From positions 1-64,000 of the forward strand of contig CAWUQB010000044.1 in NCBI GenBank assembly GCA_963924565.1: a stretch of 64,000 nucleotides of DNA, read 5' to 3'. Source of the stretch: Ascidiella aspersa. Lineage: Eukaryota. Under the pieces are notes generated by a model that had not been told where the DNA came from, searched no databases, and was given only the letters and a program-made list of their open reading frames with translations. A program made the translations under genes and the position numbers. Positions 32,632 to 44,303 of this stretch are shown here, in pieces (position 1 is the first letter of the stretch; every line of letters starts with the position of its first letter).

Positions 32632-33817
32632 TAAGTAGGTGATAGTTTGCTTTCGGATAAACTGACTGATCGATTAGCCCGAATTAGCGAAAGAGGTCAT
32701 GTATTCCTCCCCAAATGAGGAAAAAACTCGTTCAATTTCTTTTTAAAATGCCGCAAAGCTCTTGATTGACAAGAGATCGAGCCATTCATACTTTACTTTC
32801 CTCCATAGGATTTCAATCAGATTGAGCTCAGGTGAATAGGTTGGAAGAAAGCAGACCAGTAACTTCTTCTCAAGCATCCAGTCAGCGATTCTGGCGCGAA
32901 ACTTTTTACTGGTATGAATACTGGCATTTTCCACCATAACCAAGGTGTAGCGGTCATTTTAGCTGTACTTTTCATCCACCATTTGCTCTGTAAAGTTGTC
33001 AAAGGCTGCAATCACAGTGTCACTATTTACAGAGCCCACAACCGAGTAATGAAACAGCTCACAGGAACGATTCATAAAGCCCAATACGTTGATTCGCTTA
33101 CTTTTGATGGATGGGATTCGGAGTTGCTTTCCTTTTTCCTGCCAGCCGTATGGCACACAAGGTTCCTGACTAAATCCGGACTCATCAAAATAAAACAAAT
33201 TGATTAAACCTTTGCGCTCAGCTTCCTGGGCGTCTTCCAGTGCTGCTTTACAGCAATGGAATTGCTCTTCGTCCCGTTTATGCTTGCATGATTTACGGAG
33301 TCTTTTGTAAACCAGACCTAACTTTTTTACGATGTTTGCCAGAGTAAATCTGGATGATAATTTACCTGTCTCCTTCTCAATTTTTGACTTTACATAAGAT
33401 AAGCGACGGCATTCTTCAGCTACCAGCTCTTTAATACGTATGACTTCGGACTCATTGTATATGCAAGGATTTCCGCCCCCATGATTTTTATACAATGCAC
33501 GAATACCATAGTCTTCCCAATCATAAATCCATTGGGAAATCGTCTGGTATTTAATCTCAAGGATTTCGGCAATTTGCTGAAGGGTAAAGCCTCGATTACT
33601 CAATAGAAGACCATGAGCTCTTTCTCTGATACACCTCAGTGGCCCGTAATACTTGGCGTAGCTCAAAGTTAATACAACAGCTTCATCAGTGATATTGACA
33701 TACTTCATGGTGTATACGCTTACGTTCAAATATCGCTTAATAATAGATCAAAAGCCTATGTTTTTAGTTATCCGATCGTACGATCAAGATATACGTAAAC
33801 GAAATATCACCTACTTA
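32632..33817 (-). mobile_element. Full-length IS630-family element with a nonsense mutation at 32959
   Basis: Both TIRs present (TAAGTAGGTGATA...TATCACCTACTTA); TCA>TAA relative to the 23911 copy; abuts an IS91 remnant. Confidence 0.9.
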
Positions 33818-34007
33818 CTTCAGCACCCTGATACATGGCAAGTTCCACTGATTGATAAACAAATGACTTGAGTTTATGGCATTTATTCAGGATAGTTTTT
33901 ATAAGCATCTGCCGAGCCTTCTGTGTTTTTTCTGTTCGCAACTAAAAAACATACAGAAGTTTTCGGCAGGTGCTTTTCCTCCTAAAATTCATTCAATTTA
34001 GCCACAG

Positions 34008-35831
34008 TTATTCCCAAAGTTTATAGAAAGGGATACTGGGTGCAATTAGATCACTAAGAAAGTTTCTCTCGAAGTTCTTGTAAACCACCACCCTGTTGTC
34101 TGGCAAAGATACGTCTTTTCTTTCTGCAAGCGCACCGCAGTAATCAGCCGGCGATCCAAACCAACGTTTTGCTTTAACGCCGCAGTCCCATTCACCCACT
34201 TTAGTTTGCGCTGTGCATGTTCTCTCAACTTGAGGACTCAAAAAACTAATCGCGCCACATGACATACTTGTGGTGCACTCACCAAAAAGACCACGATGAT
34301 GATGAAATGTCTCCCATTGAGTACCACAACAAACAAGGGCTGATTCTAAATTATCTAAATGATTACCCTTATCACCTGCATCTACCTTGCACCGAGCTAT
34401 TTGGTATTTTGTCAGAGGCCAGCCGGCCCCAATGCCATCAAGCACATCTTGGACATCTTCGACATCTTGGACATCTTGGACAATGTCCACATTAGTTGTA
34501 GTGGTTGCTTTAGTTGTAGTGGTTGCTTTAGTTGTAGTGGTTGCTTTAGTTGTAGTGGTTGCTTTAGGTGTAGGGGTTGCTTTAGGTGTAGGGGTTGCTT
34601 TAGTTCTAGGGGATGTGGTGGGGCGTTTGGTTGGTTTATGTATATGGGTGCGTCGTTTAGTTGTAGGGGATGTGGTGGGGCGTTTGGTTGGTTTATGTAT
34701 ATGGGTGCGTCGCTTAGTTGTAGTGATTGCTTTAGCTGTAGTGGTGGTAGCTGGGTTGCCCATATCAGGCTCTTTTGGCACAAAATTGCCTTCCGAATTA
34801 TAACTTCCATCTAGTATAATAGTTGAATTTGAATCAGTTGCATTCCTGCCCATAGACATGCCGCTCGAGATGGCGCTCATTACATTCGCCGAAGCGCCAG
34901 TTATGTTTCTTTGCGATAGAGCCGAGGCACCTGCTCCAGCGATTGCTAAGCCTCCATAAACACTTCCAGCGGCGACACTACCAACTGCAATAACAATAGC
35001 AGTAACGGTTAAAATGGGGTGTCTCTTTATTGCCTTAAGACATCTGCCGCCAAAAGCTGGCTGATTTTTTTCGATATCGTTACTCGCGTCGTTTGTTGTT
35101 TCTTGCTGTTGACAGGTCTTTACGACCTTATAATATTGATTGCATTCGGAGGCCATTTTTACGTTCACGTCGTCAAGAAGTGTCTCCTGATATTGGTTTT
35201 CTGACACTGACTGTGTCGCGACTTTAATCTCAAAACTATCGGGAATGTTTTTTAAAGTGCTGCTAGAAACAAAGAAATTGTTCACTGTAATATTCAAGTG
35301 ATCTTTAGTGCTGCGTTTTGAAATGTACGGTATCTTTCTGGATAGGGAGGGTTCTAGAAATATAATGTCTTCTATTTCTACTTTCCCTGCAGCGATAATC
35401 AGGCTGCCTCCTACAAAGTCCGGTGCTGCCTGAATTAGGGGGAGCTCCTCTCCTGCAAAGTCCGGTTCTTCCTGAATTAGGGAGAAGTTGTATGATGTTA
35501 CATCAGGTTCAGGGTCTAATAATTTTATGCTTGCGCTCTCATCTGCGCTCAGGGAATGACTAGAGCGTTTACACGGCTTAAGTTTCGAGTTCCGTATGGG
35601 CTCCCTCGTATTATCATTACGGCCCCGAAGCGTTGAGTTGATGAGTTGGAGGGGCTTTTTCAGGATAAGCGTTTCCGTCACGAATAAAGTAGCGTTGTTA
35701 TAGACGTAGAATCCAGACGCAAGCTTTTTATTGTTCAGTTCGACGATCATTTTATCATCGCCAGAGAGTGCGGGCCTGATCATCATTAAGAAGAGGCAAA
35801 TGAGTAAACATGTTTTTTTGAAAAATTTCAT
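34008..35831 (-). CDS. Secreted/membrane mucin-like protein, copy 2, apparently intact, with a Cys-rich C-terminal domain
   Basis: Same signal peptide and TM as copy 1; KATPTP x2, KATTTT x4, duplicated TKRRTHIHKPTKRPTTSP; 8 Cys in the C-terminal region. Confidence 0.82.
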   Translation of the reverse strand: MKFFKKTCLLICLFLMMIRPALSGDDKMIVELNNKKLASGFYVYNNATLFVTETLILKKPLQLINSTLRGRNDNTREPIRNSKLKPCKRSSHSLSADESASIKLLDPEPDVTSYNFSLIQEEPDFAGEELPLIQAAPDFVGGSLIIAAGKVEIEDIIFLEPSLSRKIPYISKRSTKDHLNITVNNFFVSSSTLKNIPDSFEIKVATQSVSENQYQETLLDDVNVKMASECNQYYKVVKTCQQQETTNDASNDIEKNQPAFGGRCLKAIKRHPILTVTAIVIAVGSVAAGSVYGGLAIAGAGASALSQRNITGASANVMSAISSGMSMGRNATDSNSTIILDGSYNSEGNFVPKEPDMGNPATTTTAKAITTTKRRTHIHKPTKRPTTSPTTKRRTHIHKPTKRPTTSPRTKATPTPKATPTPKATTTTKATTTTKATTTTKATTTTNVDIVQDVQDVEDVQDVLDGIGAGWPLTKYQIARCKVDAGDKGNHLDNLESALVCCGTQWETFHHHRGLFGECTTSMSCGAISFLSPQVERTCTAQTKVGEWDCGVKAKRWFGSPADYCGALAERKDVSLPDNRVVVYKNFERNFLSDLIAPSIPFYKLWE

Positions 35832-35923
35832 TTCGAATAAATACTTGTTAAGTTGTGGAGTCAATGAAAAGAAAAATAGTCTAATTAGTTGAAATTAACA
35901 TTTTTTTTGTTGTTTTTTATTTG

Positions 35924-36024
35924 GTAACTATTCAGCATCCAGCAATAGAGTATTGCTGTAATTCAAAACAGCTTTAAGAATCGACTGGTATATATTCATT
36001 CCTTGCTTTTTAGCAGACGACACA
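35924..36024 (-). pseudogene. IS66 right-end remnant
   Basis: GTAACTATTCAGC end; YVSSAKKQGMN C-terminal motif. Confidence 0.6.
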
Positions 36025-37367
36025 TAAGCAGGTGATATGTCGTTTACGTATATCTTGATCGTACGATTGGATAACTAAAGACAGAGGCTTTTTATCTATT
36101 ATTAATAGATATTTAAACGTAAGCGTATACACCATGAAGTATGTCTATATCACCAATGAAGCTGTTGCATTAACTTTGATCTACGCCAAGCATTACGGGC
36201 CACTGAAATGTATCATAGAAAAAGCTCATGGTCTTCTTATTTAGTAATAGAGAATTTACACTTCAGCAAATTGCAGAAATCCTTGAGATTAAATACCAGA
36301 CGATTTCCCAATGTATTTATGATTTGGAAGACTATGGTATTCGTGCATTGTATAAAAATCATGGGGTGGAAATTCTTTCATATACAATCAGTCCGAAGTC
36401 ATATGTATTAAAGAACTTGTAGCTGAAGAGTACCGTCGTTTATATTATGTAAGTAGTTTATCATATGGAATCGAATATTCTGGCTTTTTGATCAGGTGCG
36501 ATGCAAGGCGCAGCGTAGGGCGCATAGCCGTAGCTATGTTACCGGAGCTGTAACGAAGTAGAGTGCCTGAGCAAGAAGTCAGAATATTCGATTTCATGTG
36601 GTTAGCTACTTAAAGTCAAAAATTGAGGAGGAGACAGGTAAATCATCATCCAGATTTACTCTGACAAACATCGTAAAAAGTTAGGTCTGGTTTACAAAAG
36701 ACTCTGTAAATAATGCAAACATAAACGGGACGAAGAGCAATTCCATTGCTGTAAAACAGCACTGGAAGACGCCCAGGAAGCTGAGCGCAAAGGTTTAATC
36801 AATTTTTTTTTTATTTTTATGAGTCCGGATTTAGTCAGAAACTTTGTGTGCCATACGGCTGGCAGGAAAAAGGAAAGCAACTCCGAACCCCATCAGTCAA
36901 AAGTAAGCGCATCAGCGTATTGGGCTTTATGAGTCGTTCCTGTGAGCTGTTTCATTAACCGGTTTTGGGCTCTGTAAATAGTGACACTGTGATTGCAGCC
37001 TTTGACAACTTTACAGAGCAAATGGTGGATGAAAAGTACAGCTCAAATGACCGCTACACCTTGGTTATGGTGGACAATGCCAGTATTCATACCAGTAAAA
37101 AGTTTCGCGCCAGAATCGCTGACTGAATGCTTGAGAAGAAGTTACTGGTCTGCTTTCTTCCAACCTATTCACCTGAGCTCAATCTAATTGAAATCCTATG
37201 GAGGAAAGTATGAATGGCTCGATCTCTTGTCAATCAAGAGCTTCGCGGAATTTGAAAAAGAAATTGAACGAATTTTTTCCTCATTTAGGGAGGAATACAT
37301 GATCTCTTTCGCTAATTCGGGCTAATCGATCAGTCAGTTTATCCGAAAGCAAACTATCACCTACTTA
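36025..37367 (+). mobile_element. Degenerate IS630 element with multiple frameshifts and a MITE insertion
   Basis: Both TIRs present; homologous to 32632-33817. Confidence 0.88.
36450..36612 (+). mobile_element. MITE-A copy inside IS630
   Basis: TA duplication shown by comparison with the empty site in the 32632 copy. Confidence 0.92.
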
Positions 37368-37417
37368 TGGGGTTAAGGGAAAGAATCAGCAATTCCCGCA
37401 GACTTGATTAAAGCCCT

Positions 37418-38175
37418 TAAGTAGTTGATCATTTGAAATCATATAAATTGACTGATTGTTTGGTTAACAATCCCTACTCAAGCAGACACAACGAATTTGT
37501 GTTACTTTTTCCTTATATTTTCAGACCGCCCAATTGTCATGAAGTCTATCATTGCCATCACTGATCCAGCCGTCATCGCTACATTACAACAGGCTTGGCG
37601 CCTTGGCCCTACTCCATACCTGAGAAAAAGAGCTCACGCTGTATTGCTAAGCCATCGTGGATATTCCCTTGAGCAAATCGCTGATATTTTGGTACTCAAT
37701 ATCAGACTATTTCACACTGGATAGACCAGTGGGAAGACTATGGTATTCGCGGCTTGTATAAAAGTCATGATGGCGGTGTTTCTGCTACTTTTACGCATGA
37801 AGAAGTAGAATGCTTTCATGAGCTGGTAAAAGATGAGCCTCGCCGCATAAGGCACGCTAAAGCCGTTATTGAAGAAGAGACCCAAAAAAAACGTCACTTC
37901 CCACTCTGAGACGAATGGCCAAGAGTCTTGGGATGGTCTACAAACGAGTCAGGCGATCATGTAGCCATAAGCGAGACCAGGAGCACTTTGACCGTTGTCA
38001 TAAGGCACTTGCTGAAGCCAAGGTGGCAGAAGACAAAGGTCTAATTAATCTTTTCTACTTTGATGAATCTGGTTTTTCTCAAGAGCCTTCTGTGCCATAC
38101 GCTTGGCAGCCACAGGGGAAGCAGTTTCGAATACCTTCTGTAAAAAGCAAACGAATCAACGTGCTTGGCTTTATG
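37418..38175 (+). mobile_element. Second IS630-family element (frameshifted, truncated by IS1); its left end matches MITE-A
   Basis: Begins TAAGTAGTTGATCAT; RAHAVLLS HTH; FDESGFSQEP. Confidence 0.82.
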
Positions 38176-39176
38176 GGTGGTGGGTCAGATGTGTTGGTGA
38201 GCATAAATGTCAATCCCAAATTCTACCTTATTAATCAGCAATCCTATGACAATATCGTGCATCTTTTCGAGCTTTGAAAAGCAGATTGTCCTCCGTGCCA
38301 GCCGTTTGATCCACGTCCTAAAATTGATGTTTTTGCGCTCTATTTTTTGTGTATTTCTCTTACCCACTTCATGCTTTTCGGGTTCCAGATTTCGTTCATA
38401 AGCACCCCAGTCGTCAGAATAAAAGCGGCTGATCCCAAAAGGTTCAAGTAATGCCTTGAGGCGCTGAAAGACCTCATCTTTCCGTCGGCCAAAAACATAG
38501 GCAAGTACGACACCGCTATCATGATCTATCGCCAGCCATAACCAGCGCTGATTGGATTTATCTTTGACGTAAGACCATTGCTCATCAAGTTCTGCTAAGT
38601 AGTTGATCATATGGAATCGAATATTCTGGCTTTTTGATCAGGTGCTATGCAAGGCACAGTGTAGGGCGCATAGCCGTAGCTATGTTACCGGAGCTGTAAC
38701 GAAGTAGAGTGCCTGAGCAAGAAGTCAGACTATTCGATTTCATGTGGTTAGCTACTTATATCGCAGGCAGGCTGTACATGCACACTACTACTCTCATCTA
38801 TACCAATAGTTTTGATATTAGGGTTCACGTGCTGGAGCAGACTCTCTTTACTTTTCAGGCTCTTGATAACCGTTGTTTTGCTGACATCAAGCACTCTGCT
38901 GGTGTCTCTTATACCCGCACTATTAATGGCCATTTTCACGATCTTTTCTTTTACCTGAAAGTCACACGCATGATAATGATACTCAAGCATAAAGGACTTA
39001 ATGGGACAGTGCTTGTCGTTGCACAGGTAACGTTGGTTTCCTTTTCTCCCAAAACCATGCTTTGAGATATCAGTTTGGTTGCATTTCGGATACTTCATTT
39101 CAATAAGACACGTCATAAGACGTATATAAGGGCAATTAGCTATTTTTCACCCTTCCCACACATCTGATCCACGACC
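38176..39176 (-). mobile_element. IS1-family element interrupted by MITE-A
   Basis: Near-identical to 29591-30430, with the same right junction. Confidence 0.92.
38596..38758 (+). mobile_element. MITE-A copy inside the IS1 transposase
   Basis: Empty site CTGCTATATCG at ~30007 shows a TA duplication. Confidence 0.93.
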
Positions 39177-39178
39177 TA

Positions 39179-39252
39179 AATAACTCATGTTACGCACTCA
39201 CCCATCATTCGACTCGTTTCGAGCGATGGGTGAGTGCGTAACATGAGTTATT
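39179..39252. repeat. 74-bp palindrome, second copy
   Basis: Same as 30433-30506, with perfect 28-bp arms. Confidence 0.9.
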
Positions 39253-39294
39253 AAGTCACAAGGTAGGCCCTTCGGGCAACTTTTTGTCCCGAGC

Positions 39295-41063
39295 TTATTG
39301 AGAGGTTTTGTGTTGTTTCTGATGTTTTTTTAATAGGCTCTTCATTGTAAACCGCTTATCGCAACCCTCAATACCGCACAGGGTGCCGCCCACGCCATGC
39401 GCCTGCGCCTGATGGGATGCCTTATGGGATTTCTTCGTGAAACGCTGCTGGCACTCGCCTATCCCGCATAGCTCACCACCCACGCCATGCACCTCCGCCT
39501 GATGGGATGCCTTCCCGGATTTATGCGTGAAACGCTGCTGGCACTCGCCTATCCCGCATAGCTCACCGCCCACGCCATGCATCTCCGCCTGATGCGATGC
39601 CTTCTGGGATTTCTGTGTGAAACGCTGCTGGCACTCGCCTATCCCGCATAGCTCACCGCCCACGCCATGCACCTGCGCCTGATGGCATGCCTTCTTGGAT
39701 TTCTGCGTGAAACGCTGCTGGCACTCGCCTATCCCGCATAGCTCACCACCCATGCCATGGACCTGCGCCTGATGGCATGCCTTCTGGGATTTCTTTGTGA
39801 AACGCTGCTGGCACTCGCCTATTCCGCATAGCTCACCGCCCACGCCATGCACCTCCGCCTGATGGCATGCCTTCTGGGATTTCGTCGTGAAACGCTGCTG
39901 GCACTCGCCTATCCCGCATAGCTCACCGCCCACGCCATGCACCTCTGCCTGATGGGATGTCTTCAGGGATTTCTTCGTGAAACGCTGCTGGCACTCGCCT
40001 ATCCCGCATAGTTCACCGCCCACGCCATGCACCTGCGCCTGATGGGATGCCTTCTGGGATTTCTGCGTGAAACGCTGCTGGCACTCGCCTATTCCGCATA
40101 GCTCACCGCCCACGCCATGCACCTGCGCCTGATGGCATACCTTCTGGGATTTCTTCGTGAAACGCTGCTGGCACTCGCCTATCCCGCATAGCTCACCGCC
40201 CACGCCATGCACCTGCGCCTGATGGGATGCCTTCTTGGATTTATGCACGAAACGCTGCTGGCACTCGCCTATCCCGCATAGCTCACCGCCCACGCCATGC
40301 ACCTCCGCCTGATGGGATGCCAGATTGGATTTATGCGTGAAACGCTGCGGGCACTCGCCTATCCCGCATAGCTCACCGCCCACGCCATGCACCTCCGCCT
40401 GATGGGATTTTAATGCAGCAGCATCAAGGAAAAATCCACCACAATCATCGAAATTACAATATGAATAACCACATAAGTAGCAGTTTATGTGGTTATTCAT
40501 TTTTTTTGAGCGTAAAGCTCTAATCACTCTCATCTTACCAGATTTATAATTATCTTCTGTTGTTACACATTTCCATTCTGTTTCAAAAGGTGAGCATTTT
40601 TCGCTTTCTTCATAAAATTTACTTAAATCAAAAGACAGCCGTTTTTTTTTACTCTTTAAAAAATTATTGAGTATGGTGATACACACCCTTTGTAGATATA
40701 AGTCATCATTCTCTATTGAGTCATAATCCATTATAAAAAAAAAACTGTTGAGAGTAGTTAAATGATAATAATGAAATATTTGGTATTCACGCTTAATTTT
40801 TTTCGATGCAGGATCTCCCTCAACTGAGCTTTCAGATTGTTGTAAACAATCGTATAATGTATCCAAATCAAGGCCTAACTCTCCAAGATCAAAATCAAGA
40901 CCCAAGTTTTCTATTTCACCATCGTCATTTCTGCTATTTTCTTCGTGTAGCCGAAATCCATTATGACTATTGAACTCTGCCTTTCTTTTTGCAGCTTCAC
41001 TGCCGAAGGAAAGGATTATTGATAATAAAAATATGACAAATAGTGATAACCGTAAAATGACAT
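39295..41063 (-). CDS. Poly-C2H2 zinc-finger protein, copy 3 (13 fingers); start uncertain, first canonical in-frame start is TTG at 40905
   Basis: 11 core units; the frame stays open upstream through the signal-like segment ILRLSLFVIFLLSIILSFGSEAAKRK to a TAA at ~41081. Confidence 0.85.
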
Positions 41064-41140
41064 ATAAGGATACGAATAGTTATAAAAAAACAACCAGGTA
41101 CCCTTCCTCCACTTAAAAATAAACAATTAGGACTTTTCTT

Positions 41141-41415
41141 ATGCGCACACCTTCCAAGCTAAAGCTTCTACTCCAGACCTACCCGCTCTGGCGGAACTAC
41201 TCTCAAAAGTACGCTTCCACCCTGCGGGATGTGGTGCTGGACAGCGTCAACCGCATACTGGCCTGCGGACAGGTCATTACGGGTTATGCCACTGGGCTGT
41301 GCTCCAACGAACAGTGTAGTCACTCTAAAAAAATTTGCATGGGTTGTAAGTCACGGATGTGCAACACCTGTGGTAAAAAGCTCACGGATCAGTTCTTGAA
41401 CCATAAACTTATGAA
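41141..41415 (+). pseudogene. IS91-family transposase N-terminal fragment
   Basis: ATG start; ILACG...CSNEQCSH...CKSRMCNTCG Zn-binding motif; truncated at about the same point as 20362-20648. Confidence 0.82.
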
Positions 41416-41425
41416 ACTCATGTTA

Positions 41426-43231
41426 CAGCTATTCCCGCGAGATCCATTAAACTACTGTCGTAGCAAGGCTTAAAGAAAACTCTAAACAAGGTGCTTTCGC
41501 ACAAAATAACGTCTATTTTTGGTAGAGATACTATCTACGACAATATCCCAGTATGGCTAACCCATTTCAAAAAAACCGTAAGAATCTTTGTGCAAACAGC
41601 TTGATCAGTGCGATTTCTGAAAGTTACGGGAAAATTCCAGATGCCCGGCCGAACAACGATGACAGAAAAATAACCATCCATGATGCAGCTATGTCTGCTT
41701 TTGCCATGATGCATCTCAAGTATCCATCGCTTCTGTCGTTTGAGCGAGACAAAACAGAGCAGGAAGTCAGGCATAATATTAAGCACTTGTATCAGGTAAA
41801 AAAACGGACTCCCTGTGATACCAGTATGCGGGAGATTCTAGATCCTGTAGAGCCAGAAGAATTTAAAAAGCCTTTTAAAACTCTGTTATCCAACGTTCAG
41901 AGAGGCGGGCTACTGAAGGCGTTCGAGTTTCACTGCGGGGACCTGAAAAATCATTACCTGTTACCGATAGATGGCACAGGGCTATTTTATTCCAGCAACA
42001 GTAAAGCCTCCTGTCAGGAATGTTGTGTGAAAAATAAGGGTAAAGCTAATGAAGCTTACTACCATCAACTGATGGCTGCATGCATTGTTCACCCTAACCA
42101 AAGAACAGTATTACCTCTGGCTCCGGAGGCGATAGTACGTCAAGATGGCTCTAGTAAGAATGACTGTGAAAAAAATGCTATCAAACGACTATTTTCTACC
42201 ATACGAAAGCATCATCCACGCTTAAAATTCGTTATCCTTCTGGACAGTCTTTATGCTGACAACCCCACTATCAATCTTATCAAAAGCTATGGCTGGCATG
42301 ACATCATTGTAGCGAAAGACGGCAACCACGCCTCGCTGGTTGAAGCAATGGATAAGCAGGATAAAGAGGGAAAGGTTCGCCGCATCGAGAAAATCAACGA
42401 AGCAATGGGTGTTAAATGGTGGTTTCGTTATGCCAATAACGTCACCCTCAACAAAGCAAAAGATGCAGAACAGGTCAATGTCCTTGATTTTGTCGAAACA
42501 GATAAGAAAGAAAAACGACACACGTGGTGCTGGATAACGGATCTTCCGCTTAACGATATAACGTTAGAACCCGTTATGAAAGGAGGGCGCTGCCGATGGC
42601 ACATTGAAAACGAAACATTTAATACCCTGAAAAATCAAGGCTACGATCTCGTAGCATAACTACGGTCATGGTAGACAGCATTTGGCAACGAATCTGGCCT
42701 ATCTGACACTACTTGCCTTTCTTGTCGATCAAATACAGGCGCTGTGCTGTCCACAATTCCAGGAGGCTTTAAGAACCCGATCGAAAGGGGTTCGGATAGC
42801 CTTGTGGAAATGGATACGGGGCTATTTTTTACACTGGCTGATAAAAACGTGGGAAGGACTGTTTTATACCATTGTTCACGGTATTGAAGAAAAAAGGGTT
42901 ATCCCCTTCGATACCTCATAACCGACAAAATCGTAGCCAATTTTCAGGGGCGACATGCTGTTTTGGGTATTTACTTCATTAATATGAAGTGCTTCTGCTT
43001 TGCTGCGTTATTTTTATTGTTTTAAGTAGCTAACCACATGAAATCGAATATTCTGACGCCTTGCTCAGGCACTCTGCTGCGTTACAGCTCAGGTAACATA
43101 GCTACGGCTATGCGCCCTACACTGCGCCTTGCATAGCACCTGATCAAGGCGTCAGAATATTCGATTTCATATGATCAGCTACTTACTACCCAAACGAACG
43201 TCTTTCGACGCTTATCATGCGGGAATGGCTG
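41426..43231 (+). mobile_element. ISNCY-like element; transposase 41553-42921 with a +1 frameshift at ~42652
   Basis: IDGT, KNDCE.NA, DSLYA, RWHIENETFNTLKNQGY, then HNYGHG in the shifted frame; IRs CAGCTATTCCCGC / GCGGGAATGGCTG. Confidence 0.8.
43023..43185 (-). mobile_element. MITE-A copy, variant with compensatory stem changes
   Basis: TCTGACGCCTTG ... CAAGGCGTCAGA. Confidence 0.9.
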
Positions 43232-43892
43232 GCAATAGTCTGTTCCGGTGCTTGTTAGGCACCTGCGTGTTGTTGGCGACCCTCAAACAAAATGACCCGT
43301 TATGTTGGACAAGATATTTTAGCCACTCTTTTCCTTTGAACTCCCTGTCGGCAAGTAAGCGCTTCACTGGCTGTTCCGGGAAAATCTTTTGGAACGTCTT
43401 CATAAGGTCGATGCGTTTGAGTTGCCTTTTTTGTCAAGTAGAACCCAGAGCACTGGAATAGCCATCCCCTTATAGTTAATGGCAAGGTATAGAATGTTGA
43501 TCTTGAAGATGCCAAACATCCAGTTTGTGCGATCCATGCTCAGCGCCCACGCTTCTGGCGGTGCAAATAGATGAGCGATGAGAAAGGCTATAGTATTCTG
43601 GTCAAAGGGTACTTCCCGAAAGAACCGCTGAACCCTCCGATAGCATGGAGTACTTTTGGTTGTCGGGAAGGTATTTATTAACCGCGTCCAGTTCACAGTA
43701 CGCTGTCTGACGATGGCAATAATAAGCATTACAAATAGATCAAGTCGAGACTTGTTCCATTTGAGAAAAGGCTTAAACTGTTGTGCGAGTGAGCTGGCTG
43801 TATCCATAGCATTCTGAAACGATGGCTTTGTTACTATGTTTCATAGCTTAGGCTTGGTTTGGTCAGCTCGCTTTTTTTTGTCGTGTACAGAG
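43232..43892 (-). pseudogene. Degenerate ISAba1-like fragment
   Basis: TIR ends at 43892; frameshifted transposase pieces. Confidence 0.85.
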
Positions 43893-43946
43893 CTTCTGGG
43901 TATGCAAGCGGGACAGCTTCCGCTGTCCACGCCTTTGACCCACGGT

Positions 43947-44303
43947 CTAAATGGAAAACGAAGAACCACACCCACAGGTCGCTTTCGCATTAGGATTCTG
44001 TACAAGAAAACGTGACCCCTGGAGCCCTTCTTCATAGTCAACTTCAGCGCCAATAAGGTACTGATAACTGAGAGAATCAACCACCATTTGTGCGTCACCG
44101 TTAGTGATCAGGGTATCATCGTCAGCCATGTTTTCATCAAATGTAAACCCATACTGGAAGCCAGAGCAGCCGCCACCGGTCACATAAACCCTTAACTTAA
44201 GGTTTTGATTATCCTCTTCTTCCTCCACCAGCTCTTTTACTTTTGCCGCTGCATTATCGGTAAAAATAATAGGGGTTGGAGTGACTGTTTCAACTACGCT
44301 CAT
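43947..44303 (-). CDS. erpA: Iron-sulfur cluster insertion protein ErpA
   Basis: [29 protein letters not shown]. Confidence 0.96.
   Translation of the reverse strand: MSVVETVTPTPIIFTDNAAAKVKELVEEEEDNQNLKLRVYVTGGGCSGFQYGFTFDENMADDDTLITNGDAQMVVDSLSYQYLIGAEVDYEEGLQGSRFLVQNPNAKATCGCGSSFSI

Noticed and set aside
38185-38610. A 'MINYL' protein family (ORF starts at 20129, 27568, 38610, 61703), the MVSYL extension of pta, and MPEQEV ORFs
   Set aside because: These starts are all read out of MITE-A sequence, not shared protein domains
18261-41063. Diversity-generating retroelement as the source of finger variation
   Set aside because: No reverse transcriptase or template repeat in the window, and substitutions are not restricted to adenines
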